DNA of 63,454 nt, the filler included, from Phoronis australis (lineage: Eukaryota > Animalia > Phoronida): the NCBI GenBank assembly GCA_002633005.1. It is 7 parts of 7 records of this genome, joined end to end, with 100 filler letters (N's around TTAATTAATTAA, not from the genome) between each part and the next. Parts side by side here need not be neighbours in the genome. Positions count along the whole stretch, not along the records: positions 5,264 to 12,545 come from NMRA01000549.1; positions 12,646 to 31,926 come from NMRA01001448.1; 5 more parts are not named here. One strand, 5' to 3'. Below the pieces are notes generated by a model. The model was given only the letters and a program-made list of their open reading frames with translations, did not search any database and was not told the DNA's origin. Of the stretch, positions 11,665 through 24,697 are shown piece by piece (the first letter of the stretch is position 1; each line of letters begins with the position of its first letter). A program made the translations under genes and the position numbers.

Positions 11665-13667
11665 TGTTGTCGGTTGAACGAAGTTGAACGTTGTATTGAC
11701 CTGTGCTCCAATAACTAGATATACACAAGTGGTCTTCCGAAACCAGCCCCTACACGGTTTGGAACCTCAAACGCAGTCAAATGCACCGCTAGCGGTTCTA
11801 AATCCCAATCGAAAAATAAAGTATTATAAACCTCATTTTAGGTGGTAAAATCACCACCCTTGATTTCAGCGAATGTCTGGCAGACAAATGTGATTTCCAA
11901 TAAAATCAAAGAATACTATGGATTTTGCTTTTTTCTTGCTTAAAAAGTCTTTCCCATAAGACAGTAACCCAAAAAATGAGTTTTCGACCGTAAAAACGAT
12001 AATGTCTGTTTAATATTCAATGCCTACAGAAAGTGCATACTTTTTTATTCCAAACCCTCCTTCGTTATATTTACCCTGGGAATATAAAATGTGTTCCAAA
12101 GGCTGTGCAAGGATGTAATAAGGTACACAATTTTTCATACTGCAGATTACTGCGATTCTCCCGAAAGGTGCAATTTTTCATAATTATTCAATATCATCTG
12201 GTAACTGGCCTACTTTATTTTCGATTGGTAATGCATAGTCGCTAGTTTAAGTGATTAGTAATATAAACTTATCGTAACAATCTTCAGATTTTTTCTAAAG
12301 CCAGCTCTTCATACCTGGAAACAGTAAAAGCAGCGAGTAATTTACATGTTGGATAGTCATCCTTATCGTTGCCAACAATTGGACGCCTTGCGCGCCGACA
12401 TCGTCGCTAAAGATGAGCATCGAATCGTAGTTGACTCCAAGACAGTAAAATCGATCACGCGGTATCGTTAAAAATGAAAATGCACGTAAATGAGCCTGTT
12501 TCCACGGCGGCAAACAAATCTAGCATTGCTAAACAATTCTTTCAGNNNNNNNNNNNNNNNNNNNNNNNNNNNNNNNNNNNNNNNNNNNNTTAATTAATTA
12601 ANNNNNNNNNNNNNNNNNNNNNNNNNNNNNNNNNNNNNNNNNNNNCCCGTCAAGTAACGCCGTAACCACATCTGAGTGCTTGGGGTGGGGCGAGGGAAAT
12701 AAATTTTCGTAATTTAAGAGCGTCGATCACTGATTCTACATGCATCGACGGAAGGAGAAAATTGACGATTCATTTCTTGTACTATAACATACTTCCACAG
12801 TCTTTCTAGGGACAGAATTATTGAAGAACAGGTGTGTCACTATGTCCGAGCTCCTACACGTGAGTTTCTTCAGCAAAACCGAACGACGACGAGAAATTGA
12901 GTTACGGCTGATATGGAAGGTGAGTCCCCTTATCAGTGGCTTAAATAGACCGACTGTTGTGTTTGTGCTGTGATAAAGGGGCATTAGTCACACCCAGGGG
13001 TATAATGATGGACAAGGAACACGCAACTCGCGTGAGTTGGAGAGCAAAATGAGAGCTGATAATCATCCGGTGAATGTGCAGACATTGTAAGCCAAATTAG
13101 TTTTGAACCCCTATCGCACTGGAACTTAAAAGGGGACTGTAGTCAAAATTATGTTGTAGTTAATCGGTTCTAACATACAAATAAAACTCACATTTGCCTT
13201 ACTTGCGTGCCAAACAAAAGCCGATTCGTATTCACGGTCAAAACACTAAATCCTGAAAGCGATCGCTGATTGGCTGATGTGTCAGTGACGTGAATGGCGG
13301 GGTATCGGCTGCTTTACACATTCATTGCTTATGTCATATTTTGAAGAGTTTACATCGTAATTTATCATTGTATCAATCGTACTTATTTTTGTTGTTTGCC
13401 ACAGTGCTGTAAAAGGTTCGCTATGTCTATTTGTATGGCTGTATGACACCGGGTTCCTCAAACTCTTCGAAAAAGGTGTCTTCTAAAGGGATGGCCATCG
13501 CATACCATCGCCGGGTTACCCAAGCCTTGGCCAAAAGCTGTATACTAAATATAGGCCTACAGGTTTGAGCAGACATGGGTAAAAAATGGAGAAAATAAAT
13601 TCTGACTCAAAATTAATGCCATTAAAACTAATCTCATCCTTGAGTAAACCTATTAACCAGGTTCCTA

Positions 13668-14728
13668 GAGTAAACTAACTTCAGTATTTACCGGTGTTGG
13701 AAAAGTTAGCGATCGTTCATCGGCTGCTGCTAAAATTGTGATGAGTTCTCTTGAATCGGCTTTTTGCGGTTACGTCACCTGACCTTTACCAGTTTCTTAT
13801 CCCGGCCCCCGATTCTTATATTAAGTGGTCGTCGCTGCCGGTACCTAGGTTGCACACATGTTACAACAAATTATCGGAACTTGTTTCATTTTGTTACAAG
13901 TTTTTAGTATTTTTCTACCAGCAAACCGAGTTTCAGAACAATCTTGGTGCTGCGAAGCTGTCGTCATGTCCGGGCCGAAAGACGCCTCAAATTTTAGGAA
14001 ATGGCGCGTGCGCCGTGTCACGAGCGTGCTATTTTTGAAACGGAAGACACTTCTTTGTTACAAAAGGCGGCAAACTATGCTACCAGATGACGTTTATTTG
14101 ATTGTCAAGTTTTCCACTTAAACGGCTGCAACGAACAACGTGAGTGTCGGTATACCAGATTTTTCATGCACCCCCGCCGGTTCGTTAGCTTTAGTGTNGA
14201 GTAAACTAACTTCAGTATTTACCGGTGTTGGAAAAGTTAGCGATCGTTCATCGGCTGCTGCTAGAATTGTGATGAGCTCTCTTGAATCGGCTTTTTGCGG
14301 TTACGTCACCTGACCTTTATCAGTTTCTTACCCCGGCCCCCGATTCTTATATTAAGTGGTCGTCGCTGCCAGTACCTAGGTTGTACACATGTTACAACAA
14401 ATTATCGGAACTTGTTTCATTTTGTTACAAGTTTTTAGTATTTTTCTACCAGCAAACCGAGTTTCAGAACAATCTTGGTGCTGCGAAGCTGTCGTCATGT
14501 CCGGGCCGAAATACGCCTCAAATTTTAGGAAATGGCGGGTGCGCCGTGTCACGAGCGTGCTATTTTTGAAACGGGCGACACTTCTTTGTTACAAAAGGCG
14601 GCAAACTATGCTACCAGATGACGTTTATTTGATTGTCAAGTTTTCCACTTAAACGGCTGCAACGAACAATGTGAGTGTCGGTATACCAGATTTTTCATGC
14701 ACCCCCGCCGGCTCGTTAGCTTTAGTGT
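13668..14728. repeat. Tandem duplication of about 531 bp (13668-14197 / 14199-14728) of an interspersed repeat
   Basis: Two near-identical units separated by a single N. Diverged pieces of the same family occur at about 62150-62260 (direct) and 62310-62590 (inverted). Confidence 0.9.
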
Positions 14729-16099
14729 TGATGTAGCCCAAGTTTTACGACGAGGTGACGAGCATAAGTCTATACCCGGGTAGTCAACGGCTGTCTGAAA
14801 TTTCGAGGATAACAGAGCTCAACACGCAGTGGTACGATAGTCTTCATTCATTCTCAATGAATCGCGACAAATGCTGAAGCCAATGTTCAGCTCACCACAG
14901 AGAATGTCCGAAGTCATGAAACAACGTCAAAAGACGTTTAAAATAAAGAAAAATATGTCTAATGTGGGTGGTGTGTCTTATGACCGGCTACAGCTTATAT
15001 GGTAGGTGTCACAATGCACCATGTAGCCTAGGGTTCCATAAAATTGCGTGAAGCTGAAAAAACGACAAAGTAGAAACAGGCTCTTTTTTCTTATAATAAC
15101 TTGTCCAATCGACACGAATAATAGCGTTTTGGAAACTCAGCGAGACATATTTAAAGAGAAAGTCAACGTTTTTTACAAACAAAAAATAAATTTTCATTAC
15201 TACCATGTTTACTGAGTGAAGCCAAATCTCAAATCATTTACGAGACCTCATTGGCGTGTTTTTGTAAAAAAAGTTTCAAGAGATATTTTAGTGAATTCGC
15301 GATTAATAATTTGTAATACACAAAAAACGGCGATAACATTAATTTTTTAAACCTTTGCCTCATCTGAAAATGTCTGTGTGGCACTGCTTTTCAAGAAGCG
15401 CGGTGGAATTTTTTTTTGGAATCATTTACGAGACGTGCATAAACTCAACAATAGTGCGTTGATTAAAATGAAGATGTGGAAACTAAAATAACTCTACAAA
15501 GCTATGGTGATGTGCGAAATCAATGTACAGTTTTGAAAGTTTTTGGCGGATATTTAGGAAAAAAATTGGCATTTGAAATTGGTTGCTTATCATTTACGAG
15601 CCTTCATTTACGGGACGACAATTTTATAATTAGGTCAAGTCCAATTGATTTCACCTACTATAGGCATGTGTGACATGAATATAGGTCAATTTTTCAAGAA
15701 CGAGCATTTGCGCTTCAGCCGACATCGATACTGTCTGAAAATATTCGCTAAAGAAGTTAGCAGAACTTTTGGATAAGTTTTCAGTAATGTCACTTTTATA
15801 ATTCACATGTTTTAGGGTCGTTATTAACGTACTAGAAGAAGTGACGAAATGCTTCCAGTGAAACATACTTTGATTAGATTTTGCTTGACGTTGGTCTTGA
15901 TAAGTTCTCGTAAAAAATTGTCACGTAAATGACATCCAGTGTCCCGTAAGTGATTTGTTCTATTTTCATTCAAATTAATTTCATTTTTAGTAGTAATTAA
16001 ATTATTATCTGTGACGATACATGACTCAATGCAGCTGACCTTGCAAAAATAATGATGACATCTTTTATTTTATTTAATACCTATTAATTAGAGTTTGTC

Positions 16100-16562
16100 A
16101 CTTTGGTTTGCGTTGCGGAATGCCAAAATCCAAGTCGCAGCGGATGAAGGAATAGTCTAGAGACTCCGTAAAAAGGCACAACTTCGTGACGAATGGCTTA
16201 GAAGAGAAAGTGAACGAGTTACGGGTAGGCTCTAATTCGTACTGACAGAAGTACAAAAAGTCGAAAGATAAGAAAACAACAGAGTGGATCAACATTTATT
16301 TCGAGTCCGAGTTTTTTTTTAGTAGACACCAAAACGCTTTTGTCTCTATCACAATCACAGTACGACAGGAATTCTGTAGTGCAGTGTACTTTAGTGTACG
16401 CTACCAGTCTTCTGTGAACCTAGTGAGTATGAGGTTTGTTCCTGAGTCTCTCAGTCATTGATTTCTGTTCAGGTGCAAGCGCTGGGAGCTGACCTTATGA
16501 ATAGAGATGCAGCCTATTTGTTCAAGAACTGCAAGTACGCGTGCACATTTAATGGCTTCTGA
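16100..16562 (+). pseudogene. Possible degenerate THAP-domain relic
   Basis: Fragments CVAECQN, LRDEWLRR, FCSAVYF..Y and VQALG...DAAYLF fall in THAP-like order but are broken by stops, frameshifts or short introns. Confidence 0.3.
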
Positions 16563-18433
16563 GCGAGATTGGTTGGAAAACCGAACCACTGCACTAGAGC
16601 TTAAAAGGGAACTGTATTTTATTCTGAACAAATTCTGGATAGTTTTCTATGAATTGTTGATTAATTTCACAAATAATTCAACAACAAAAAGTAAAGTTAT
16701 ATCAAGGAATGTACTAGTACATGGACTTGTTATGGAGATCTTCTGGACCAGTGGGTGTTTATGAATTACTCATGTTTTCAAAATAGCTGTAAGATGTTCA
16801 CGTTTTCTTAATGATATTCTTTCGGCTTCATTTTAGCTGAAACATGCCAATAACTTTACGGTAACACCTTGCGTGCGTTCAGTAGCGGCTAGGGCCTAGT
16901 CAAAGTCACGTGTTCTCATTTAAAATGCACGGCAATATCTCACGTAATCTCGCGAAGTCTTGCTTTTTAGCGAACGTTACTGAACGGGAGACTGGTTTAC
17001 CTCAAAATCCAACTGCAACCTGGTTGTTTGGCAATTGGACCAATTATGTTGCACACACAGCAGAATGAATGAAGAACATAACATGGCGGCATTAAACACA
17101 GATTTTAGGTTGAAACCGTCAAATTTCCTGTCCGATTTTCAAAATTCAAAAGCCTATTCACGTATACTCGAAGTATTTAAATACCGTACGCCATTTAAAC
17201 ACTTTCAAAGCGAAACTTTAAAAAGATTCAATTGTTGCCCCAGTATGTTTATTGACTGGCCTGATTATCTAGAGAACGATTACATCAGAATCCTGAGGCG
17301 ATGCAAATTGACTACAACAGCATGGTGTCTTTGATCAATGCCGGCAGATTTTGTGGTACACAAACCAGTCACGTTGCTCAATCTCTACTGGTGATGGTGT
17401 CAACGTAGGATTCTGGCAAAAAATAAGTTGCATTTGTATTTTTCGAGTTCATATTTTAATTTACGGTGGTGTGCAGACATAATGACTTCTGCAGTTAAAT
17501 AACATTTGATTGAACGCGAAGAGTTTGTAATTTACGAAATGTGCCTATTTTGGCGACAGTTTTTTGATCAGTGTTATGAAATGATGAAAATAAAAGAAAT
17601 GGTACCGCACATTCTTAATTATTAGTCACAAATATCTGATAACAGTTAACTTGTATGAATTAATAGCCTAGTCGCATGGATCGGCGATCCTTGTGGAATG
17701 CTCTTTAATTGGTGCATTCTGACAAAAACAGTTTCAGTTTCGCCAAATACTGTAAACTATATTCAGATAAGAAGTGATTTCTGGGTTCTGTTTCACGGAA
17801 AGTGAACCAAGGCTGGTCAAGCATTCGTCTCATGCTCCACAAAACTCTTTCAAAAAAGCTCAATCTCACTTGTACACAAGTTTAAAATCTAGTTAATGCC
17901 TAGTTTATTTCTGTAAATCAGCTGTGATTTGTGGTACATACTTGTCGACAAATTTATCGGTAATTGTAAAGTAGGAGCGTGAGATCCAAGTTTCTTTCTT
18001 GCATGTAAGGCTGTTGTCACTATCATGAAACAGGCGCGTGAGCTTGGAGTGAGCTGGCAGGCGACAAATCACTTGAGACCACACCCAGTGACCCCTCCGA
18101 AGCAAGCCAACTTTGGGTGTGGTCCAAATCAACAACGAATTATTCTCCACAAGCCCACTTCTAGTCTAAGCTCAACATTTCGGGCCTGGTCTGAGAGGTC
18201 TCTTAGGGGCTCATTAAGTCCTTATCAGCTGAACCAATCTAATTGAAACTTCAGGATGCATTAGCCAGTGAGACTAGGTTTTTTAAATAATTGCAGAACG
18301 TGTCTTAAATCAAAATGTTAATTTTGGTACAGGGTGGGCGCCACAGCAGTTATTTAACTTGAAAAAGGTTTAAAATAGCGATTTCCCGGAAAGGTAAGTT
18401 TTTTATTCTTTAAGAAACGAGAAATTTACTTAC

Positions 18434-18506
18434 CCTTGTCAACTGGGGAAGACAATACTACCAGAGGTATAAACGCCAGTACTAAGATCCTCAACGCGTG
18501 TCTCAT
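18434..18506 (-). CDS. Signal-peptide-encoding first coding exon of an unidentified secreted protein (exon 18560-18434, phase-1 end)
   Basis: Acceptor ttcttttcag, then ATG, MRHALRILVLAFIPLVVLSSPVDK(g), then strong donor gtaagta. Basic n-region, hydrophobic core and small-residue cleavage site. Confidence 0.65.
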
Positions 18507-21500
18507 GCTTGAGTAGATGAGAGGTAACCGCTGATGGGAGGCCAATGTCCTTGCTTCAAACTGAAAAGAAACAAAGGTGCATCATTTCGTCTATAGCAGC
18601 TATCTACTGTAGGTGTTTATGCCAATCTCATCTTGATGCGTGACTTCAAACATCCCCATGTGTCAACGTTGTTGCGAGGACCAAAATTGTCATGACCATT
18701 CTAGTGCTAGACGCGACACGGAGGGCATAGGCCGGGAGGCCGCAGAACTTTTATCCCGCACTCCAGAAAGCGGTTCATACCGCGTGTATCGTTTTTGTAA
18801 CGTTTTCCCGTCCACTTCACTACCTTACACTCTTAAAAACGGACCTTCAAATGATTTCCCACGCACGCCTTTTGTTTTGGTTCTTCATCCACTAAGCGGA
18901 GAAATGTAACGTCCGTTTTTTTTCAAAAAGTGCGCTTTCGTCATCCTTACGTTATCAAACAGTTTACTTGCCAATGGTTCAGTGAAGATGGAAGACGGAT
19001 CTTGAGAGAAAATGGTTCCGTAATGAATGAATCAAAATCCTGTGAACTTCCCATAGCCGGCCGTGATATATACGAAATGCGCAACTAGAAAACAATTTTG
19101 CTAATTAGAATTGGTATTGTAAATCTCATTTTAATTCGAAACTTAACACAAGTCGACTACAGCGTTGTATTTTTCGAAAATCACGCTCTTAATTTAGTTT
19201 AATTATCTTCTTTGAAAATGGACAAAACTCTGACAGTTTGGCAAGGAATGCGGACTGGCCTGCCTGTGGAAGTTTGTTCGGTTGACAGGCTTACAACCAC
19301 TGACGATGCACTGGATCTTGAACAGTGAAGTGTCACACACTTATGATTCCGTTAAAAATATCTAATCTGGTGCCCGAAGTTAAAGCATTTATGGGCAAAC
19401 TCGTTGGAGGCAGTCGCTCGATAACTAATTCTCACCAAGTCTTCAGTGAATCTCAGAAGATAACCAAATACTCTGACGATGGTGAGCTCAGGGTTAGCAC
19501 AAGCATACTATCACGAAAACACCAGGCAGTACTTTAAACCGCGTCGTTTGATCGTAAATTCACCGTTTCTGGCGGCGAGCTTGAAAGAGGCAATGTGACG
19601 CAGTAAATCTAATTTTTGCCCAAGAGATTAAAACCTGTTTGTATTGGTGCAAACAGAGCTAGATAACGACGAAGTAGATAGTTTAAGAGCCTGTTTGTTT
19701 GACGGATACAACCATAACATCGAACCGCTGTTAACTAGTGCCACTGTCGGCATGGAGACCAAATGTATTTCGGCATGTTCACAACAACTTGTATACGTTT
19801 ACGCTTGAACAACTAACATTCTAGGAGCACACGTACCTTGAGCAATGGTATTAACCAAACATAAATTATTGGAGTGACTACGCAGCGACCGCTGTAAATA
19901 TATGTACAGTTCAACTCAATGCTACAGTCTTTTCTGTATTAATTCGTACACTCTATTAGTTCGTTCATTACCCTTGAAACATGCCGTTTGTCTCCAGTAG
20001 TTCGGACAGTAAGCGTCCGAGGGAAAAAGTTCGTACAAATATTTGCGTCGTAAAAAATATTTCGTACACGATTTTTGGATCGGTAAAATGGGAATTTTCA
20101 TTCTTGTAAAAGAACACAAATCAAGCGCCAATTCTATTCAGATGGTCAGAATCCGTTATAAACTTTACTACGCTAGCATAGAGCTCGAAAAGTCGCCGTT
20201 TTTCAGATCGCCATTTTTGGCGACAGAAAATGTGGAAATAGCTATAAGATTTTCCAGTGAGTCGCCAAATGGCAGTAAAATTGTCATGGCAGCGGATTTT
20301 CCCAACAACGTTCTGTTACCCTCAGATTAGTACTACACGAATAAATTTACAAAAGAGCGGGGTAACAATGATACCGTGCCGTTCCGTAGTCTTTTTAGAG
20401 CTGATTCCGGTAATAGACCGGCAGCCCAGAGCACTTAGCATAGATGAACGAGGTACCAACATCTGACCACGGGAGCATTTAAAGTCCACCTCAGTATGTA
20501 CAGAAATGGACGTCTGCCGTTGTCTGCACTCTGGGTGTGACCCCTGGGGGCCTTACAAAGACCCCAAAAAATGAGCTAGACTAGATATTCGAGGTACCAA
20601 CCAAAACTGATTTAAAACGAACAATAATACCGCACTGAACACCGAATGACCCATGACAGACAAATTGCACTCTGGAATGGGTCCGGCAGAAGCCAAAAAA
20701 GGACCCCCCAAAAATGAGCTAGCACATACATTCGAGGTACCACACAAAACNTAACCAGCACGCGGGTGGGTATTACATAATTTTCCTTGAGGTTTTCTTT
20801 ACAAAGGCGTTTCTGATTGCCCAGTCGAATTCTCAACAGGCAGCGCTTTACGCAAACAAACTGGCATCATAGATATTCTGTGGGGCATGACTGATGGACT
20901 GTTAGTGTAAATGACAAATCGGACCTTAAAATTTATGTTCAGGAAAGTGAATCCTAGAAATTGTGGTTGCGCCTTTTCAGAATGCATCTTTCCACTGTCG
21001 ATGACTTTTGTTTACTACACTTTCATGTATTCATACAGTATGAACAACGCACCCGTAAAATCGGCCAGATGTTTGTTTATTGTGCATGCTTCAGTCAAGC
21101 ACGCGGCTATTTCACATCACTGCAAAAACGAAAGAGTTGCTGCTACGCCCCTTGCATGTCAAGGCTAAAAATCGTTCACTGTCCGCCATTTTTGCTCGGT
21201 GTTGTAAAGCTAACCAATGACTGCTGAGGTTACATCAACCAATGCTAAAGCGCGTGCCACTGCGTGATACCTGCGTGCTGGCACGTAGCCGGACCAGCGA
21301 GGTGTGTCTGCATGCCGGTCATGTTGTCCTTGAAAACACATTGATATCACCGTGCCGCTAAATTCGTTGTTACTTTGTTTGGTTGCTTTTGATTCCCTTT
21401 GTGGTTCTTTTTTCAAAACTCGATTATTCATATTCTAGATTTTACCTGTTCTTTGCATATGACGAATGGCATTCAATGCACACTCATATTAATTCGTGAA

Positions 21501-22704
21501 GTCCATAAAAAACAGTGGTTTCAGAGGTGGTTCACAATTTGAGAATGATGGTTTTTACGTTAAAACGTAAAGCATGCATCTCACTCCCATTTACATCCAG
21601 CGACATAATTCAGAGAAGTTCTTTAGCGACACCAGCGTAGCAGCTGATTTGCGAATTAGTCGAGCCATATATTGAAATTGACCAGACATATATTGAAATG
21701 GATTGTCCCGCGAGACGGCGCTGAGGGTCTACCTGTAGTTCAGTAACTTTAGGACATCACTAAAAAGCAAGACTTCGCGAGATTACGTGGGAGATTTCCA
21801 AATATTTAAATATCAAATAGCAAGGTTCTAGCGTAGGCAGGGGCGGGTACCAGATTTTGAGTTACTGGGGGTCAGGGCAGGTATTAGGCAGTTTTTTGCC
21901 CGTCAGACATTCGCACTCTCGAACTGTCAAATGGAATCTTCGAGAATAATTTTTTTTTTGGGGGGGGGGCACGACCCCCTTGGCACTCCTCCAAATCCGC
22001 CAGTGGTAGGTCCTAGCGTTACTACATGTACGTGTACATGTAAACTCTATCCAGGTCCTTAGTTGACAGGCTCTCAGAGCCACCTAAAAGTACAATGTAT
22101 TGCTGACGAGCTTTCAACCAAGTTTTGCTCGTTTCTTCTCTCATGTGTTCTAAAACGTGTGTTGATTTGATTATGTAATTGTAAGCATACGTCATGTTTT
22201 ATATTTTATGGCTACATACATGTAAGTGTGTATGCAGACTCTGGAAATGACGCAGCTGACAACACGCTGTTTAATTTCGCTCCGGGTGGGCTTCATAAAT
22301 CTGTCAACGCTGTTGAATTTTTGACAATCCGGTTTTTGTAACAACATGACTGGTGTATTTTGGAAGGAAATTTTTTCATCATGGTGTTTTACATTGTATA
22401 AGGAGAAATCGATTCAATTTCTGTGTCATGAAATCTGTGACATTCATGATACATATAATTCTTAGTATGTTAGTTTGATAGTGTTATTTCTTATTGATAT
22501 TATTTCTTTGCTAGCCAATTGTTTTTGTTTATAGAAACTTCTTTGGCTGTCAGCTGAGTCAGGGACCAACCCATCCGGTGCATCCACGCATGTTGATGAT
22601 CTCTGTAGTAAACAAGATTGCGTAATGGTCATTCACAGAAACATTGCCTCAAGACAGCTGACCATTACCATATATGGCAAACACAACAGAGTAGTTCAGA
22701 TGAT

Positions 22705-24067
22705 TGTTGTGAAAGTTTTTAGAGTTGCTTCCTGTTATTTTCCTGTAGAATATTGAATCATAAAGTTTGGTGCATGCAACCCACATATTATTTGTGACTT
22801 GTATATAAATCCGTTCACTTGTCTAATAAAGACAGTCCTCATCTTGCTACTGCCAGTTGCTTTACTAGTGTAATTGAGTGTTCCACACTTAGTTACTGAA
22901 TACAACCATCTTACTGACGGACCGAGACTGTCCACAACACAACACAACGCTGCTACTAAGTCGAGTTATTCTCCACTATTCTACTACATAGCCAGAATTT
23001 CCCCACATTTTCTGGTGCCGTGGCCAACAGAGGACAAGAACCGAGAACCAACCGGCTTGACTCAACCAGCGACGACACAACGCCAACTGCAAACTACTAC
23101 AGTCTCAAAGACGATCACGACGATCACGACGACCATTAACTACAACGAAGTATGGATCTCGCCCAGAAACGCCAACAACAAGCCAGAAAGCACATCGAAC
23201 GCTACATTGATGAAGTCACCGACATGATGCAATCGCTCCAAGCCAAGGACCTCAAAACGCTAGACAACCGTCTTAGCGTCATTCGTGTTGTTGCTTTCGA
23301 TATACTTCTAATGGTCTTTGAACTTTTAGAACTCATGCCAGACGACGCCGAAAAACTCATTTACCTGGGGGACACCGACGACTTCCTCATGGAAACCTAC
23401 TGCCTGTTCAGCGATCTCCAGAATCAACGAGATGATATGTTTGAACTACTGAAGACCACGCCAGCTCCGCCATCCACAGCGCCTGCCGCCGCCAGCCCAA
23501 CCACAACAATGCCCGTAGACCCTGCCACGACTACAGCAACCACACCACCATCTACTGACCCAGCGACTGCCACACCGATAATCAGCAGCCCCACAACTCC
23601 TGCTGCCATGACTACTACGACTGCCGGAACAATGCCGGCCACCTCTACGCCTGCCACAACTATGCCAACAACGACCATGCCTGCCGCACCAATGCCGGCC
23701 GACGCCTCGACTGCAACAATGACGCCCACTGCCACGCCAATAGCTGCCTCCGCGACTACAACTACACCGCCTATGACGACTCCATCCGTGCCGAAACGAA
23801 CTCAACTACCGAAAATACAGCTTCAGAAATTCTCTGGAAATGTGCTTGAATGGATGTCATTCTGGGATTCATTCAACGCAGCCATCCACTCTGATGACCT
23901 CCTGCAACCTGTACAAAAGCTACAGTACCTACGGTCCTACCTTTTGGGAGATGCCCTCAAGGTAATAGACGGATTTCCACTGACAAACACAAACTACGAA
24001 GATGCCCTGACCGTTCTCCAACGACGATACGCCAAGCCAGAAGTTTTGCTCCGCAAACTCCACGATG
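22705..24067 (+). mobile_element. BEL/Pao LTR retrotransposon, 5' fragment (LTR about 22705-23007, PBS 23013, gag from 23152)
   Basis: TG...CA LTR candidate with gtatataaa and aataaa. PBS tggtgccgtg is complementary to the tRNA-His 3' end. The gag is nearly identical to 25120 onward and stops at an N at 24068. Confidence 0.8.
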
Positions 24068-24069
24068 NC

Positions 24070-24650
24070 TGCATGCCAAGGACAACAAAGTCGCTCAATG
24101 TTGTCGCTATGAATCGCCAAAATGACAGCTCTAGCCGTGGTGTACGTGCCACTGCTTTTGCAACATCACTGGTATTTGAAGAGTATGAGCATAATCTGAC
24201 TTATGAGCTGAAGGGAATGCGTCAACATCTTGTGATTATTGCCTAAAGAATGGAAAAGTAACACCTTTTCCATCAGAGAACAACAGCAGGTGACGCAAGA
24301 AAGTGTTTGTGCCAGTAGAAAAGAAAAATTTCTGTTCTAGTAGAAGACCAAATGAAGGCTTCAAGATACAGTGCAACAACTGCGACACGTGGCACTGTTA
24401 CAGGTAAAGTACATTAAGAACACAGAATACAACAAGAGAGAAGATTATAGATTATTATTTCTCACCTCTTGGAGAAGAGCCACCTAAAAGAAAAACACAA
24501 ACTAAGATCCAAGAGCAACCTGCCAAGATGAAAGAAAATGACTGCTAGTATGATGACATCCTCCCATCAAATGCCTGGCTAAATGACATCCACATTGATG
24601 CTGTTTGACAGGTGATCAAGCAAGCACTTAACGTGCAGAGTTCCTTCAAC
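24070..24650 (+). pseudogene. Degenerate Ulp1-like cysteine-protease / PHD module (transposon-associated relic)
   Basis: RQNDSSSRGVRATAFATSL...MRQHL...KVTPFP resembles the Ulp1 Q.N..DCG..A.AFA...MR.HL...FP tail with the catalytic Cys lost. It is followed by IQCNNCDTWH (PHD-like) and AWLNDIHID. Confidence 0.5.
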
Positions 24651-24697
24651 TCCGGAATTGGTTACGTAACAATCTGCCTTATTTAGTCTAGCTTCCT

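Noticed and set aside
13751-14652. Duplicated 87-95 aa ORFs as tandem genes
   Set aside because: They lie within a repeat duplicated across a single N, have no recognisable motifs, and probably reflect an allele or overlap artefact.
16098-18053. Four-exon minus-strand model extending the signal exon (18053-17942, 16593-16494, 16241-16098)
   Set aside because: Phases fit, but the product resembles nothing, the splice sites are weak, and the last two exons overlap a plus-strand THAP-like relic.
15230-20760. Short recurring motifs (catttacgag near 15.2-15.9 kb; cgaggtacca near 20.4-20.7 kb) as a CRISPR-like array
   Set aside because: Irregular spacing, degenerate units, eukaryotic context and no cas genes; more likely subterminal repeats of decayed transposons.
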